Shown here: positions 17,421 to 35,049 of the stretch, piece by piece | Position numbering within the stretch: the stretch's first letter is position 1 | Layout: each line of letters opens with the position of its first letter | DNA from: Eledone cirrhosa | Taxonomy: Eukaryota | NCBI GenBank assembly: GCA_964016885.1 | Contig: OZ024740.1 | Location: 439,766,001-439,830,000 of the forward strand | Reading direction: 5' to 3' | Length of the DNA stretch: 64,000 nucleotides | Notes under the pieces: generated by a model | Database searches by the model: none | What the model was told of the DNA's origin: nothing | What the model saw: the letters and a program-made list of their open reading frames with translations, nothing else | Position numbers and translations under genes: made by a program

Positions 17421-20400
17421 ATACCAACCTCCCACAGTACTATACCAACCTCCCCCAGTACTATACCAACCTCCCACAGTACTATACCGACCTCCCCCAG
17501 TGCTATACCAACCTACCACAGTATTATACCAACCTCCCACAGTACTATACCAACCTCCCCCAGTACTATACCAAACTACCACAGTATTATACCAACCTCC
17601 CCCAGTACTATACCAACCTACCCCAGTATTATACCAACCTCCCACAGTACTATACCAACCTCGCCCAGTACTATACCAACCTACCACAGTATTATACCAA
17701 CCTCCCCCAGTACTATACCAACCTACCCCCAGTATTATACCAACCTCCCACAGTACTATACCAACCTCCCCCAGTACTATACCAACCTCCCCCAGTACTA
17801 TACCAACCTACCCCAGTACTATACCAACCTTCCACAGTACTATACCAACCTCCCACAGTACTATACCAACCTCCCCCAGTACTATACCAACCTCCCACAG
17901 TACTATATCAACCTCCCCCAGTACTATACCAACCTCCCACAGTACTATACCAACCTCCCACAGTACTATACCAACCTACCCCAGTACTATACCAACCTAC
18001 CCCAGTATTATACCAACCTACCCCAGTAGTATACCAACCTACCCCAGTATTATACCAACCTCACCCAGTACTATACCAACCTCCCACAGTACTATACCAA
18101 CCTCCCACAGTACTATACCAACCTACCCCAGTACTATACCAACCTCCCACAGTACTATACCAACCTACCCCAGTACTATACCAACCTACCCCCAGTGTTA
18201 TACCAACCTCACCCAGTACTATGCCAACCTCCCACAGTACTATACCAACCTCCCACAGTACTATACCAACCTACCCCAGTATTATACCAACCTACCCCAG
18301 TACTATACCAACCTCCCCCAGTTCTATACCAACCTCCCCCAGTATTATACCAACCTACCACAGTACTATACCAACCTACCCCAGTACAATACCAACCTAC
18401 CCCAGTATTATACCAACCTACCCCAGTACTATACCAACCTACCCCAGTACTATACCAACCTCCCCCAGTATTATACCAACCTACCACAGTACTATACCAA
18501 CCTACCCCAGTATTATACCAACCTCCCTCAGTACTATACCAACCTCCCCCAGTACTATATCAACCTCCCCCAGTATTATACCAACCTACCACAGTACTAT
18601 ACCAACCTACCCCAGTACTATACCAACCTTCCACAGTATTATACCAACCTACCCCAGTATTATACCAACCTACCCCAGTATTATACCAACCTACCCCAGT
18701 TTTATACCAACCTACCCCAGTACTCTACCAACCTCCCACATTACTATACCAACCTCCCCCAGTACTATACCAACCTACCCCAGTACTATACCAACCTCGC
18801 CCAGTAGCATACCATCCTACCCCAGTATTATACCAACCTCCCCCAGTACTATACCAAACTCCCACAGTACTATACCAACCTCCCACAGTACTATACCAAC
18901 CTACCACAGTACTATACCAACCTCCCCCAGTACTATACCAACCTCCCACAGTACTATACCAAACTACCACAGTACTATACCAGCCTACTCCAGTATTATA
19001 CCAGCCTACCCCAGTATTATACCAACCTACCCCAGTACTATACCAACCTCCCCCAGTACTATACCAACCTCCCCCAGTACTATACCCCCCCCCCCCCCAG
19101 TACATACCAACCTCCCACAGTACTATACCAACCTTCCACAGTACTATACCAACCTACCCCAGTACTATACCAACCTCCCACAGTACTATACCATCAACCT
19201 CCCACAGTACTATACCACCCTAACACAGTACTATACCAACCTCTCACAGTACTATACCAAACTACCACAGTACTATACCAACCTTCCACAGTACTATACC
19301 AACCTCACACAGTCCTATACCAACCTACCCCAGTACTATACCAACCTCCCACAGTACTATAGCAACGTACCCCCCCCCCCCCCTCCTACCCCCAGTACTA
19401 TACCAACCTACCCCAGTACTATCCCAACCTACCCCAGTACTATACCAACCTCCCCCAGTAATATACCAACCTACCCCAGTACTATACCAACCTCCCACAG
19501 TACTATACCAACCTACCCCAGTACTATACCAACCTCGCCCAGTAGTATACCATCCTACCCCAGTATTATACCAACCTCCCCCAGTACTATCCCAACCTAC
19601 CCCAGTACTATACAAAACTCCCACAGTACTATACCAACCTCCCACAGTGCTATACCAACCTCCCACAGTACTATACCAGCCTCACACAGTACGATACCAA
19701 CCTACCCCAGTACTATACCAACCTCCCACAGTGCTATACCAACCTCCCACAGTACTATACCAGCCTCACACAGTACTATACCAACCTCCCACAGTACTAT
19801 ACCAACCTCCCCCAGTACTATACCAACCTCCCCCAGTACTATACCAACCTCCCCCAGTACTATACCAACCTCCCCCAGTAATATACCAACCTCCCACAGT
19901 ATTATACCAACCTCCCCCAGTACTATACCAACCTCCCACAGTACTATACCAACCTCCCCCAGTACTATACCAACCTCCCCCAGTACTATACCAACCTCCC
20001 ACAGTACTATACCAACCTCCCCCAGTAATATACCAACCTACCCCAGTACTATACCACCCTAACACAGTACTATCCCAACCTCCCACAGTACTATACCAAC
20101 CACAGTACTATACCAACCTCCCCCAGTACTATACCAACCTACCCCAGTACTATACCAACCCACCCCAGTATTATACCAACCTACCCCAGTATTATACCAA
20201 CCTCACCCAGTATTATACCAACCTCCCACAGTACTATACCAACCTCCCACAGTACTATACCAACCTACCCCAGTACTATACCAACCTACCCCAGTATTAT
20301 ACCAACCTACCCCAGTACTATACCAACCTACCCCAGTATTATACCAACCTCACCCAGTACTATACCAACCTCCCACAGTACTATACCAACCTCCCACAGT

Positions 20401-22249
20401 ACTATACCAACCTACCCCAGTACTATACCAACCTCCCACAGTACTATACCAACCTATCCCAGTACTATACCAACCTACCCCAGTATTATACCAACCTCAC
20501 CCAGTACTATACCAACCTCCCACAGTACTATACCAACCTCCCACAGTACTATACCAACCTACCCCAGTATTATACCAACCTACCCCAGTACTATACCAAC
20601 CTCCCCCAGTTCTATACCAACCTCCCCCAGTATTATACCAACCTACCACATTACTATACCAACCTACCCCAGTACAATACCAACCTACCCCAGTATTATA
20701 CCAACCTACCCCAGTACTATACCAACCTCCCCCAGTACTATACCAACCTCCCCCAGTATTATACCAACCTACCACAGTACTATACCAACCTACCCCAGTA
20801 TTATACCAACCTCCCACAGTATTATACCAACCTCCCCCAGTACTATATCAACCTCCCCCAGTATTATACCAACCTACCACAGTACTATACCAACCTACCC
20901 CAGTACTATACCAACCTTCCACAGTATTATACCAACCTACCCCAGTATTATACCAACCTACCCCAGTATTATACCAACCTACCCCAGTACTCTACCAACC
21001 TCCCACAGTACTATACCAACCTCCCCCAGTACTATACCAACCTACCCCAGTACTATACCAACGTCGCCCAGTAGTATACCATCCTACCCCAGTATTATAC
21101 CAACCTCCCCCAGTACTATACCAAACTCCCACAGTACTATCCCAACCTCCCACAGTACTATACCAACCTACCACAGTACTATACCAACCTCCCCCAGTAC
21201 TATAACAACCTCCTACAGTACTATACCAAACTACCACAGTACTATACCAGCCTACCCCAGTATTATACCAGCCTACCCCAGTATTATACCAACCTACCCC
21301 AGTACTATACCAACCTCCCCCAGTACTATACCAACCTCCCCCAGTACTATACCAACCTCCCCCAGTACTATACCAACCTCCCACAGTACTATACCAACCT
21401 TCCACAGTACTATACCAACCTACCCCAGTACTATACCAACCTCACACAGTACTATACCACCAACCTCCCGCAGTACTATACCACCCTAACACAGTACTAT
21501 ACCAACCTCCCACAGTACTATACCAAACTACCACAGTACTATACCAACCTTCCACAGTACTATACCAACCTCCCACAGTATTATACCAACCTCCCACAGT
21601 ACTATACCAACCTCACACAGTACTATCCCAACCTACCCCAGTACTATACAAACCTCCCCCAGTACTATACCAACCTATCCCCAGTACTATACCAACCTCC
21701 CACAGTACTATACCAACCTACCCCAGTACTATACCAACCTCCCACAGTACTATACCAACCTACCCCAGTACTATACCAACCTCGCCCAGTAGTATGCCAT
21801 CCTACCCCAGTATTATACCAACCTCCCCCAGTACTATCCCAACCTCCCCCAGTACTATACCAACCTCCCACAGTACTTTACCAACCTCCCCCAGTACTAT
21901 ACCAACCTCCCCCAGTACTATACCTACCTCCCCCAGTACTATACCAACCTCACACAGCACTTTACCAACCTCCCACAGTACCATACCAACCTTCCCCAGT
22001 ACTATACGAACCTCCGCCAGTACTATACCAACCTCCCCCAGTACTATACGAACCTCCGCCAGTACTATACCAACCTCCCACAGTACTATACCAACCTCCC
22101 ACAGTACTATACCACCCTAACACAGTACTATACCAACCTCCCCCAGTACTATACCAACCTACCCCAGTATTATACCAACCTCCCACAGTACTATACCAAC
22201 CTCCCCCAGTACTATACCAACCTCCCACAGTACTATACCAACCTCCCCC

Positions 22250-25200
22250 AGTACTATACCAACCTCCCACAGTACTATACCAACCTCCCCCAGTAATATA
22301 CCAACCTACCCCAGTACTATACCACCCTAACACAGTACTATACCAACCTCCCACAGTACTATACCAACCTCCCACAGTACTATACCAACCTCCCCCAGTA
22401 CTATACCAACCTACCACAGTATTATACCAACCTCCCCCAGTACTATACCAACCTCCCCCAGTATTATACCAACCTCCCACAGTACTATACCAACCTCCCC
22501 CAGTACTATACCAACCTCCCACAGTACTATACCAACCTCCCCCAGTACTATACCAACCTACCACAGTATTATACCAACCTTCCCCAGTACTATACCAGCC
22601 TACCCCAGTATTATACCAACCTCCCCCAGTACTATACCAACCTCCCACAGTACTATCCCAACCTCCCCCAGTACTATACCAACCTACCACAGTATTATAC
22701 CAACCTCCCCCAGTACTATACCAACCTACCACAGTATTATACCAACCTCCCCCAGTACTATACCAACCTACCCCAGTATTATACCAACCTCCCACAGTAC
22801 TACACCAACCTCCCCCAGTACTATACCAACCTCCCACAGTACTATACCAACCTCCCCCAGTACTATACCAACCTACCACAGTATTATACCAACATCCCCC
22901 AGTACTATACCAACCTACCCCAGTATTATACCAACCTCCCACAGTACTATACCAACCTCCCCCAGTACTATACCAACCTACCCCAGTATTATACCAACCT
23001 CCCACAGTACTATACCAACCTCCCCCAGTACTATACCAACCTCCCACAGTACTATACCAACCTCCCCCAGTACTATAACAACCTACCACAGTATTATACC
23101 AACCTCCCCCAGTACTATACCAACCTACCCCAGTATTATACCAACCTCCCACAGTACTATACCAACCTCCCCCAGTACTATACCAACCTCCCACAGTACT
23201 ATACCAACATCCTCCAGTACTATACCAACCTCCCACAGTACTATACCAGCCTCCCCCAGTGCTATACCAACCTACCACAGTATTATACCAACCTCCCACA
23301 GTACTATACCAACCTCCCCTAGTACTATACCAAACTACCACAGTATTATACCAACCTCCCCCAGTACTATACCAACCTACCCCAGTATTATACCAACCTC
23401 CCACAGTATTATACCAACCTCGCCCAGTACTATACCAACCTACCACAGTATTATACCAACCTCCCCCAGTACTATACCAACCTACCCCAGTATTATACCA
23501 ACCTCCCACAGTACTATACCAACCTCCCCCAGTACTATACCAACCTCCCCCAGTACTATACCAACCTACCCCAGTACTATACCAACCTTCCACAGTACTA
23601 TACCAACCTCCCACAGTACTATACCAACCTCCCCCAGTACTATACCAACCTCCCACAGTACTATACCAACCTCCCCCAGTACTATACCAACCTCCCACAG
23701 TACTATACCAACCTCCCCCAGTACTATACCAACCTCCCACAGTACTATAACAACCTCCCCCAGTAATATACCAACCTACCCCAGTACTATACCACCCTAA
23801 CACAGTACTATCCCAACCTCCCACAGTACTATACCAACCTCCCCCGGTACTATACCAACCTACCCCAGTAATATACCAACCTACCCCAGTATTATACCAA
23901 CCTACCCCAGTATTATACCAACCTCACCCAGTATTATACCAACCTCCCACAGTACTATACCAACCTCCCACAGTACTATACCAACCTACCCCAGTACTAT
24001 ACCAACCTACCCCAGTATTATACCAACCTACCCCAGTACTATACCAACCTACCCCAGTATTATACCAACCTCACCCAGTACTATACCAACCTCCCACAGT
24101 ACTATACCAACCTCCCACAGTACTATACCAACCTACCCCAGTATATACCAACCTCCCACAGTACTATACCAACCTAACCCAGTACTATACCAACCTACCC
24201 CAGTAGTATACCAACCTCACCCACTACTATACCAACCTCCCACAGTACTATACCAACCTCCCACAGTACTATACCAACCTACCCCAGTATTATACCAACC
24301 TACCCCAGTACTATACCAACCTCCCCCAGTTCTATACCAACCTCCCCTAGTATTATACCAACCTCCCCCAGTACTATACCAACCTCCCCCAGTACTATAC
24401 CAACCTCCCACAGTACTATACCAACCTTCCACAGTACTATACCAACCTACCCCAGTACTATACCAACCTCCCACAGTACTATACCACCAACCTCCCACAG
24501 TACTATACCACCCTAACACAGTATTATACCAACCTCCCACAGTACTATACCAAACTACCACAGTACTATACCAACCTTCCACAGTACTATACCAACCTCC
24601 CACAGTATTATACCAACCTCCCACAGTACTATACCAACCTCACACAGTACTATACCAACCTACCCCAGTACTATACCAACCTCCCACAGTACTATAGCAA
24701 CGTACCCCCCCCCCCCCCCCCTCCTACCCCCAGTACTATACCAACCTACCCCAGTACTATCCCAACCTACCCCAGTACTATACCAACCTCCCCCAGTACT
24801 ATACCAATCTACCCCAGTACTATACCAACCTATCCCAGTACTATACCAACCTCGCCCAGTAGTATACCATCCTACCCCAATATTATACCAACCTCCCCCA
24901 GTACTATCCCAACCTACCCCAGTACTATACCAAACTCCCACAGTACTATACCAACCTCCCACAGTGCTATACCAACCTCCCACAGTACTATACCAGCCTC
25001 ACACAGTACTATACCAACCTACCCCAGTACTATACCACCCTCCCACAGTGCTATACCAACCTCCCACAGTACTATACCAGCCTCACACAGTACGATACCA
25101 ACCTACCACAGTACTATACCAACCTCCCACAGTACTATACCAACCTCCCCCAGTACTATACCAACCTCCCCCAGTACTATACCAACCTCCCCCAGTACTA

Positions 25201-28200
25201 TACCAACCTCCCACAGTACTATACCAACCTCCCCCAGTACTATACCAACCTCCCACAGTACTATACCAACCTCCCCCAGTACTATACCAACCTCCCCCAG
25301 TACTATACCAACCTCCCACAGTACTATACCAACCTCCCCCAGTAATATACCAACCTACCCCAGTACTATACCACCCTAACACAGTACTATCCCAACCTCC
25401 CACAGTACTATACCAACCTCCCACAGTACTATACCAACCTCCCCCAGTACTATACCAACCTACCCCAGTACTATACCAACCTACCCCAGTATTATACCAA
25501 CCTACCCCAGTATTATACCAACCTCACCCAGTATTATACCAACCTCCCACAGTACTATACCAACCTCCCACAGTACTATACCAACCTACCCCAGTACTAT
25601 ACCAACCTACCCCAGTATTATACCAACCTACCCCAGTACTATACCAACCTACCCCAGTATTATACCAACCTCACCCAGTACTATACCAACCTCCCACAGT
25701 ACTATACCAACCTGCCCCAGTACTATACCAACCTCCCACAGTACTATACCAACCTACCCCAGTACTATACCAACCTACCCCAGTATTATACCAACCTCAC
25801 CCAGTACTATACCAACCTCCCACAGTACTATACCAACCTCCCACAGTACTATACCAACCTCCCCCAGTACTATACCAACCTCCCACAGTACTATACCAAC
25901 CTCCCCCAGTAATATACCAACCTACCCCAGTACTATACCACCCTAACACAGTACTATACCAACCTCCCACAGTACTATACCAACCTCCCACAGTACTATA
26001 CCAACCTCCCCCAGTACTATACCAACCTACCACAGCATTATACCAACCTCCCCCAGTACTATACCAACCTCCCCCAGTATTATACCAACCTCCCACAGTA
26101 CTATACCAACCTCCCCCAGTACTATACCAACCTCCCACAGTACTATACCAACCTCCCCCAGTACTATACCAACCTACCACAGTATTATACCAACCTCCCC
26201 CAGTACTATACCAACCTACCCCAGTATTATACCAACCTCCCCCAGTACTATACCAACCTCCCACAGTACTATACCAACCTCCCCCAGTACTATACCAACC
26301 TACCACAGTATTATACCAACCTCCCCCAGTACTATACCAACCTACCACAGTATTATACCAACCTCCCCCAGTACTATACCAACCTACCCCAGTATTATAC
26401 CAACCTCCCACAGTACTACACCAACCTCCCCCAGTACTATACCAACCTCCCACAGTACTATACCAACCTCCCCCAGTACTATACCAACCTACCACAGTAT
26501 TATACCAACCTCCCCCAGTACTATACCAACCTACCCCAGTATTATACCAACCTCCCACAGTACTATACCAACCTCCCCCAGTACTATACCAACCTACCCC
26601 AGTATTATACCAACCTCCCACAGTACTATACCAACCTCCCCCAGTACTATACCAACCTCCCACAGTACTATACCAACATCCTCCAGTACTATACCAACCT
26701 CCCACAGTACTATACCAGCCTCCCCCAGTGCTATACCAACCTACCACAGTATTATACCAACCTCCCACAGTACTATACCAACCTCCCCCAGTACTATACC
26801 AAACTACCACAGTATTATACCAACCTCCCCCAGTACTATACCAACCTACCCCAGTATTATACCAACCTCCCACAGTATTATACCAACCTCGCCCAGTACT
26901 ATACCAACCTACCATAGTATTATACCAACCTCCCCCAGTACTATACCAACCTACCCCAGTATTATACCAACCTCCCACAGTACTATACCAACCTCCCCCA
27001 GTACTATACCAACCTCCCCCAGTACTATACCAACCTACCCCAGTACTATACCAACCTTCCACAGTACTATACCAACCTCCCACAGTACTATACCAACCTC
27101 CCCCAGTACTATACCAACCTCCCACAGTACTATACCAACCTCCCCCAGTACTATACCAACCTCCCACAGTACTATACCAACCTCCCCCAGTACTATACCA
27201 ACCTCCCACAGTACTATACCAACCTCCCCCAGTAATATACCAACCTACCCCAGTACTATACCACCCTAACACAGTACTATCCCAACCTCCCACAGTACTA
27301 TACCAACCTCCCCCGGTACTATACCAACCTACCCCAGTAATATATCAACCTACCCCAGTATTATACCAACCTACCCCAGTATTATACCAACCTCACCCAG
27401 TATTATACCAACCTCCCACAGTACTATACCAACCTCCCACAGTACTATACCAACCTACCCCAGTACTATACCAACCTACCCCAGTATTATACCAACCTAC
27501 CCCAGTACTATACCAACCTACCCCAGTATTATACCAACCTCACCCAGTACTATACCAACCTCCCACAGTACTATACCAACCTCCCACAGTACTATACCAA
27601 CCTACCCCAGTACTATACCAACCTCCCACAGTACTATACCAACCTACCCCAGTACTATACCAACCTACCCCAGTATTATACCAACCTCAGCCAGTACTAT
27701 ACCAACCTCCCACAGTACTATACCAACCTCCCACAGTACTATACCAACCTACCCCAGTATTATACCAACCTACCCCAGTACTATACCAACCTCCCCCAGT
27801 TCTATACCAACCTCCCCCAGTATTATACCAACCTCCCCCAGTACTATACCAACCTCCCCCAGTACTATACCAACCTCCCACAGTACTATACCAACCTTCC
27901 ACAGTACTATACCAACCTACCCCAGTACTATACCAACCTCCCACAGTACTATACCACCAACCTCCCACAGTACTATACCACCCTAACACAGTACTATACC
28001 AACCTCCCACAGTACTATACCAAACTACCACAGTACTATACCAACCTTCCACAGTACTATACCAACCTCCCACAGTATTATACCAACCTCCCACAGTACT
28101 ATACCAACCTCACACAGTACTATACCAACCTACCCCAGTACTATACCAACCTCCCACAGTACTATAGCAACGTACCCCCCCCCCCCCCCCTCCTACCCCC

Positions 28201-29350
28201 AGTACTATACCAACCTACCCCAGTACTATCCCAACCTACCCCAGTACTATACCAACCTCCCCCAGTACTATACCAATCTATCCCAGTACTATACCAACCT
28301 CCCACAGTACTATACCAACCTATCCCAGTACTATACCAACCTCGCCCAGTAGTATACCATCCTACCCCAGTATTATACCAACCTCCCCCAGTACTATCCT
28401 AACCTACCCCAGTACTATACCAAACTCCCACAGTACTATACCAACCTCCCACAGTGCTATACCAACCTCCCACAGTACTATACCAGCCTCACACAGTACT
28501 ATACCAACCTACCCCAGTACTATACCACCCTCCCACAGTGCTATACCAACCTCCCACAGTACTATACCAGCCTCACACAGTACTATACCAACCTACCACA
28601 GTACTATACCAACCTACCACAGTACTATACCAACCTCCCCCAGTACTATACCAACCTCCCCCAGTACTATACCAACCTCCCCCAGTAATATACCAACCTC
28701 CCACAGTACTATACCAACCTCCCCCAGTACTATACCAACCTCCCACAGTACTATACCAACCTCCCCCAGTAATATACCAACCTCCCCCAGTACTATACCA
28801 ACCTCCCACAGTACTATACCAACCTCCCCCAGTAATATACCAACCTACCCCAGTACTATACCACCCTAACACAGTACTATCCCAACCTCCCACAGTACTA
28901 TACCAACCTCCCACAGTACTATACCAACCTCCCCCAGTACTATACCAACCTACCCCAGTACTATACCAACCTACCCCAGTATTATACCAACCTACCTCAG
29001 TATTATACCAACCTCACCCAGTATTATACCAACCTCCCACAGTACTATACCAACCTCCCACAGTACTATACCAACCTACCCCAGTACTATACCAACCTAC
29101 CCCAGTATTATACCAACCTACCCCAGTACTATACCAACCTACCCCAGTATTATACCAACCTCACCCAGTACTATACCAACCTCCCACAGTACTATACCAA
29201 CCTCCCACAGTACTATACCAACCTACCCCAGTACTATACCAACCTCCCACAGTACTATACCAACCTACCCCAGTACTATACCAACCTACCCCAGTATTAT
29301 ACCAACCTCACCCAGTACTATACCAACCTCCCACAGTACTATACCAACCT
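22250..29350. repeat. Diverged ~3.5-kb tandem duplication within the satellite
   Basis: Rare markers (aacatcctcca, ccccggta, accaccaac, tagcaacgta-polyC, ccaatcta) recur at offsets of about 3,470-3,490; ORF pairs 24217/27687 and 24964/28454. Confidence 0.8.
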
Positions 29351-32300
29351 CCCACAGTACTATACCAACCTACCCCAGTATTATACCAACGTCCCCCAGT
29401 ACTATACCAACCTCCCCCAGTATTATACCAACCTACCACAGTACTATACCAACCTACCCCAGTATTATACCAACCTCCCACAGTACTATACCAACCTCCC
29501 CCAGTACTATATCAACCTCCCCCAGTATTATACCAACCTACCACAGTACTATACCAACCTACCCCAGTACTATACCAACCTTCCACAGTATTATACCAAC
29601 CTACCCCAGTATTATACCAACCTACCCCAGTATTATACCAACCTACCCCAGTTTTATACCAACCTACCCCAGTACTCTACCAACCCCCCACAGTACTATA
29701 CCAACCTCCCCCAGTACTATACCAACCTACCCCAGTACTATACCAACCTCGCCCAGTAGTATACCATCCTACCCCAGTATTATACCAACCTCCCCCAGTA
29801 CTATACCAAACTCCCACAGTACTATACCAACCTCCCACAGTACTATACCAACCTACCACAGTACTATACCAACCTCCCCCAGTACTATACCAACCTCCCA
29901 CAGTACTATACCAAACTACCACAGTACTATACCAGCCTACCCCAGTATTATACCAGCCTACCCCAGTATTATACCAGCCTACCCCAGTACTATACCAACC
30001 TCCCCCAGTACTATACCAACCTCCCCCAGTACTATACCAACCTCCCCAGTACTATACCAACCTCCCACAGTACTATACCAACCTTCCACAGTGCTATACC
30101 AACCTACCCCAGTACTATACCAACCTCCCACAGTACTATACCACCAACCTCCCACAGTACTATACCACCCTAACACAGTACTATACCAACCTCCCACAGT
30201 ACTATACCAAACTACCACAGTACTATACCAACCTTCCACAGTACTATACCAACCTCCCACAGTATTATACCAACCTCCCACAGTACTATACCAACCTCAC
30301 ACAGTACTATACCAACCTACCCCAGTACTATACCAACCTCCCACAGTACTATAGCAACGTACCCCACCCCCCTCCTACCCCCAGTACTATACCAACCTAC
30401 CCCAGTACTATCCCAACCTACCCCAGTACTATACCAACATCCCCCAGTACTATACCAACCTACCCCAGTACTATACCAACCTCCCACAGTACTATACCAT
30501 CCTACCCCAGTACTATACCAACCTCGCCCAGTAGTATACCATCCTACCCCAGTATTATACCAACCTCCCCCAGTACTATCCCAACCTCCCCCAGTACTAT
30601 ACCAACCTCCCACAGTACTATCCCAACCTCCCCCAGTACTATACCTACCTCCCCCAGTACTATACCAACCTCACACAGCACTTTACCAACCTCCCACAGT
30701 ACCATACCAACCTCCCCCAGTACTATCCCAACCTCCCCCAGTACTATACCAACCTCCCACAGCATTTTACCAACCTCCCACAGTACTTTACCAACCTCCC
30801 CCAGTACTATACCTACCTCCCCCAGTACTATACCAACCTCACACAGCACTTTACCAACCTCCCACAGTACCATACCAACCTCCCCCAGTACTATCCCAAC
30901 CTCCCCCAGTACTATACCAACCTCCCACAGCACTTTACCAACCTCCCACAGTACTTTACCAACCTCCCCCAGTAATATACCTACCTCCCCCAGTACTATA
31001 CCAACCTCACACAGCACTTTACCAACCTCCCACAGTACTATACGAACCTCCGCCAGTACTATACCAACCTCCCCCAGTACTATACGAACCTCCGCCAGTA
31101 CTATACCAACCTCCCACAGTACTATACCAACCTCCCCCAGTACTATACCAACCTACCCCAGTATTATACCAACGTACCCCTGTACTATACCAACCTCCCA
31201 CAGTACTATACCAACCTCCCACAGTACTATACCAACCTCCCACAGTACTACACCAACCTCCCCCAGTACTATACCAACCTACCCCAGTACTATACCAACC
31301 TCCCACAGTACTATACCAACCTTCCACAGTACTATACCAACCTACCCCAGTACTATACCAACCTCCCACAGTACTATACCACCCTAACACAGTACTATAC
31401 CAACCTCCCCCAGTACTATACCAACCTACCCCAGTATTATACCAACCTCCCACAGTACTATACCAACCTCCCCCAGTACTATACCAACCTCCCACAGTAC
31501 TATACCAACCTCCCCCAGTACTATACCAACCTCCCACAGTACTATACCAACCTCCCCCAGTACTATACCAACCTACCACAGTATTATACCAACCTCCCCC
31601 AGTACTATACCAACCTACCCCAGTATTATACCAACCTCCCACAGTACTATACCAACCTCCCCCAGTACTATACCAACCTCCCACAGTACTATACCACCCT
31701 AACACAGTACTATACCAACCTCCCCCAGTACTATACCAACCTACCCCAGTATTATACCAACCTCCCACAGTACTATACCAACCTCCCCCAGTACTATACC
31801 AACCTCCCACAGTACTATACCAACCTCCCCCAGTACTATACCAACCTCCCACAGTACTATACCAACCTCCCCCAGTACTATACCAACCTACCACAGTATT
31901 ATACCAACCTCCCCCAGTACTATACCAACCTACCCCAGTATTATACCAACCTCCCACAGTACTATACCAACCTCCCCCAGTACTATACCAACCTCCCACA
32001 GTACTATACCAACCTCCCCCAGTACTATACCAACCTAGCACAGTATTATACCAACCTCCCCCAGTACTATACCAACCTCCCACAGTACTATACCAACCTC
32101 CCCCAGTAATATACCAACCTACCACAGTATTATACCAACCTCCCCCAGTACTATACCAACCTACCACAGTATTATACCAACCTCCCTCAGTACTATACCA
32201 ACCTACCCCAGTATTATACCAACCTCCCACAGTACTACACCAACCTCCCCCAGTACTATACCAACCTCCCACAGTACTATACCAACCTCCCCCAGTATTA

Positions 32301-35049
32301 TACCAACCTACCACAGTATTACACCAACCTCCCCCAGTACTATACCAACCTACCCCAGTATTATACCAACCTCCCACAGTACTATACCAACCTCCCCCAG
32401 TACTATACCAACCTACCCCAGTATTATACCAACCTCCCACAGTACTATACCAACCTCCCCCAGTACTATACCAACCTCCCACAGTACTATACCAACCTCC
32501 CCCAGTATTATACCAACCTACCACACTATTATACCAACCTCCCCCAGTACTATACCAGCCTACCCCAGTATTATACCAACCTCCCACAGTACTATACCAA
32601 CCTCCCCCAGTACTATACCAACATCCCACAGTACTATACCAACCTCCCCCAGTACTATACCAACCTCCCACAGTACTATACCAACCTCCCCCAGTGCTAT
32701 ACCAACCTACCACAGTATTATACCAACCTCCCACAGTACTATACCAACCTCCCCCAGTACTATACCAAACTACCACAGTATTATACCAACCTCCCCCAGT
32801 ACTATACCAACCTACCCCAGTATTATACCAACCTCCCACAGTACTATACCAAGCTCGCCCAGTACTATACCAACCTACCACAGTATTATACCAACCTCCC
32901 CCAGTACTATACCAACCTACCCCAGTATTATACCAACCTCCCACAGTACTATACCAACCTCCCCCAGTACTATACCAACCTCCGCCAGTACTATACCAAC
33001 CTACCCCAGTACTATACCAACCTTCCACAGTACTATACCAACCTCCCACAGTACTATACCAACCTCCCCCAGTACTATACCAACCTCCCACAGTACTATA
33101 CCAACCTCCCCCAGTACTATACCAACCTCCCACAGTACTATACCAACCTCCCCCAGTACTATACCAACCTCCCACAGTGCTATACCAACCTCCCCCAGTA
33201 ATATACCAACCTACCCCAGTACTATACCACCCTAACACAGTACTATCCCAACCTCCCACAGTACTATACCAACCTCCCACAGTACTATACCAACCTCCCC
33301 CAGTACTATACCAACCTACCCCAGTACTATACCAACCTACCCCAGTATTATACCAACCTACCCCAGTACTATACCAACCTCACCCAGTATTATACCAACC
33401 TCCCACAAAACTATACCAACCTCCCACAGTACTATACTAACCTACCCCAGTACTATACCACCCTACCCCAGTATTATACCAAACTACCCCAGTACTATAC
33501 CAACCTACCCCAGTATTATACCAACCTCACCCAGTACTATACCAACCTCCCACAGTACTATACCAACCTCCCACAGTACTATACCAACCTACCCCAGTAT
33601 TATACCAACCTACCACAGTACTATACCAACCTACCCCAGTACAATACCAACCTACCCCAGTATTATACCAACCTACCCCAGTACTATACCAACCTCCCGC
33701 AGTACTATACCAACCTCCCCCAGTATTATACCAACCTACCACAGTAATATACCAACCTACCCCAGTATTATACCAACCTCCCACAGTACTATACCAACCT
33801 CCCCCAGTACTATATCAACCTCCCCCAGTATTATACCAACCTACCACAGTACTATACCAACCTACCCCAGTACTATACCAACCTTCCACAGTATTATACC
33901 AACCTACCCCAGTATTATACCTACCTACCCCAGTATTATACCAACCTACCCCAGTTTTATACCAACCTACCCCAGTACTCTACCAACCTCCCACAGTACT
34001 ATACCAACCTCCCCCAGTACTATACCAACCTACCCCAGTACTATACCAACCTCGCCCAGTAGTATACCATCCTACCCCAGTATTATACCAACCTCCCCCA
34101 GTACTATACCAAACTCCCACAGTACTATACCAACCTCCCACAGTACTATACCAACCTACCACAGTACTATACCAACCTCCCCCAGTACTATACCAACCTC
34201 CCACAGTACTATACCAAACTACCACAGTACTATACCAGCCTACCCCAGTATTATACCAGACTACCCCAGTATTATACCAGCCTACCCCAGTACTATACCA
34301 ACCTCCCCCAGTACTATACCAACCTCCCCCAGTACTATACCAACCTCCCCCAGTACTATACCAACCTCCCACAGTACTATACCAACCTTCCACAGTACTA
34401 TACCAACCTACCCCAGTACTATACCAACCTCCCACAGTACTATACCACCAACCTCCCACAGTACTATACCACCCTGACACAGTACTATACCAACCTCCCA
34501 CAGTACTATACCAAACTACCACAGTACTATACCAACCTTCCACAGTACTATACCAACCTCCCACAGTATTATACCAACCTCCCACAGTACTATACCAACC
34601 TCACACAGTACTATACCAACCTACCCCAGTACTATACCAACCTCCCACAGTACTATAGCAACGTACCCCCCCCCCCCCCCCTCCTACCCCCAGTACTATA
34701 CCAACCTACCCCAGTACTATCCCAACCTACACCAGTACTATACCAACCTCCCCCAGTACTATACCAACCTACCCCAGTACTATACCAACCTCCCACAGTA
34801 CTATACCAACCTACCCCAGTACTATACCAACCTCGCCCAGTAGTATACCATCCTACCCCAGTATTATACCAACCTCCCCCAGTACTATCCCAACCTAGCC
34901 CAGTACTATACCAAACTCCCACAGTACTATAGCAACCTCCCACAGTGCTATAACAACCTCCCACAGTACTATACCAGCCTCAGACAGTACTATACCAACC
35001 TACCCCAGTGCTATACCAACCTCCCACAGTACTATACCAGCCTCACACA